From Trichodelitschia bisporula (taxonomy: Eukaryota), in NCBI GenBank assembly GCA_010356995.1, contig ML996697.1, positions 554,153 to 618,152 of the forward strand: 64,000 nucleotides of DNA, given 5' to 3'. Position 1 is the stretch's first letter. Each line of letters starts with the position of its first letter. Shown in pieces: positions 62,127 to 64,000 of the stretch. The notes under the pieces are model-generated. The model did no database searches. It worked only from the letters and a program-made list of their open reading frames with translations, and was not told the DNA's origin. The translations under genes and the position numbers were made by a program.

Positions 62127-64000
62127 ATGGCGATTGACGACGACTTCTGTGACTCCAAGAAGGGGGCCCGAGTGACGACCAGCGAGCTCAGCGACATCTC
62201 CTCGTTCAGCCAGCGGCGACCAACCTCAGACTACGAGAGACCGCCAGCGCCCCCATTCTTCAAGTCGCCCAAGGCGTGGTTCAAGCACGAAAAGCTCAGC
62301 TGGCGGTTCTATGTGTCTATTTACTCCGGACTTGCGGCCGTCTGCCTCCTCATCAACGTCATCGCCATAGTTGTCATTGTTGCCGTGCACGGCACAGACA
62401 AGAATGGAAGAAGTACGATCTACGAAGGCAGTTGCGAAAAGGTCAAATGGCAGAGCCGCATCGCCCACGTTTTCATCAGCGGCCTGGGGACGTACATGCT
62501 CAGTGCCAGCGCTTACGTTATGGTAGGACTGAGTGACCTTGATTTGACAACATACTGATCTTACCAGTACTGTCTTTCTCCTCCGACACGAAGAGAGATC
62601 GACAAGGCGCATGCCGCGGGCCACTGGCTCGATATCGGTGTGATGAGCATGAAAAACCTCTTCGCCATCAATAGAAAACGACTCGTACTCTTCTTGCTGC
62701 TCGGCATAAGCTCTCCTATCCTTCAGCTCTTGTATGACTCCTACCCAATTGCTATGAATGTTACTGACAATTTAGCTACAATGCTGTCTTGTTCCAGACG
62801 AACTCGACGAACGCCTATACGGCATTTGTCGCTGGAGAATCATTCATGCAACAAAACATTACAGTTAATTTCTCCCACGAAGTCCATGAGGCCAAGCACC
62901 TTCTACAGACATACGGAAACCTCGCCTACCGCCTTCATCAGGAAGCTCTGGATGGGCGCTTGGAGAAGCTGAGCAATAAGGATTGCCTCAACGAATACGC
63001 AGTACCGCTCCAGTCCAAGCGTCGGAATGTGGTAGTCATTACAGAGGCGAATCATACTCACACGACGGATGTTTTCGACGTCTATCACGCCTGGATACCA
63101 ACGGAGCACCCGCAATCGCGCGAAGAACAATACTCCTGGATCTGCGAAGACATCAAGTCCAACGCCGACCGGTGCGTTTTCCACATGGAGAAGCTGAGGT
63201 CCAATGCCTCGGCATGGACGATCTCGGACGGTGCACGCGTTAAGTACTGCCTCAGCGAGAAGACGGAAGAGCACTGCAAGCTGCAATTCCACATCACGTT
63301 AGCAGTCATCGTCACGCTGGTGACACTGTTCAAGACAGCAGTCATGTTCACCGTTGCCATCTCTGGACATGAGTCTCCCCTGATGACAACGGGTGACGCC
63401 ATATCCTCCTTCCTCAGGAATCCAGACCGACACACGGCTGGGATGTGCATGGCATCGAAGAGAATGATTGAGCAGTACAGCTCCCATTGGCCATCTGAAC
63501 CATTCTACTTTTACTGGCAACGCAAGCGGTGGGGCTACGGAATTCGCACGCGGACAATGTCTTGTGCCTTGCTGTAAGTTCACTTTTCCACGGCTCATAC
63601 TCTTTGCTAACTGCTTCAGCATGGTTCTGTGGCTATGCATTGACGGGGCGCTCTACTGCACTATGAGCGAACCCCTCTCTTTCGTGAACCTAATCCGTCT
63701 CGGCCTTGGTGCCATCAATCGCAACTTTTTCATCGGCTGGCACAACAAAGAGACGAACGGGATGATCCGCAGCATCATCATCGCCAACCTCGGCCACGCC
63801 ATATTCGGCTGCCTCTACATCCTCTTCAACAACGTCTTCTACTGCATGATCTTCGCAGACGAGTGGGCGCGCTTCGCCATCCACCGCAAGGGCCTTCGTG
63901 TGTCAGAAGCCCCGCGCGGCGACCAGCGAACGGTCTACTTTTTCATGATGCCGCACAAGATGGCCATTCCCATCATGGCATTCTCCTGCGCCATCCACAG
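62127..64000 (+). CDS. Fungal multi-pass membrane protein (DUF6536-like), 3' end outside the window
   Basis: Introns 62523-62567, 62732-62775, 63574-63619. Motifs YCLSPPTRREIDKAHAAGHWLDIGVMSMKNL, PLMTTGDAISSFL..PD, RKGLRVS..RGDQRTVYF. Confidence 0.82.

Noticed and set aside
1..64000. CRISPR arrays, rRNA, tRNA, intact transposase or Starship captain
   Set aside because: None was recognised by eye. Intron-containing tRNAs or snoRNAs could have been missed without covariance-model searches.

Overview
This is eukaryotic, intron-containing DNA from a filamentous ascomycete (Pezizomycotina-type genes, mostly 43-65 nt introns with CTRAC-like branch points). Bases 1-43.5 kb form a gene-dense housekeeping block. 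It contains a GT90 glycosyltransferase, a MYND-finger pseudogene, LMW-PTP, a WD40 protein, HSP90, an FHA protein, a patatin lipase, QRI7, an 8-intron secreted GH43, an IFRD protein, a DET1-like phosphatase, PRKRIP1, a long low-complexity protein, PRPP synthetase, VMA6 and a VIT-vWA protein. A ~12 kb gene-free, visibly more AT-rich relic zone follows (43.5-55.5 kb). It holds six copies of a small foldback/MITE family and a decayed Copia gag. The window ends with a cAMP-receptor-like GPCR, a PMU1-like phosphatase and a truncated DUF6536-type membrane protein. Four things stand out. (1) 3' splice sites are unusually relaxed: 11 of 42 hand-called introns end in RAG, 4 of them in GAG. (2) The MITE family has two subfamilies that share TATCCCTTGTAC termini and carry 12-bp internal repeats. 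(3) The MYND gene has four in-frame stops but no frameshift. (4) VMA6 has a GC-AG intron. All gene models and counts were made by eye, with no database searches.
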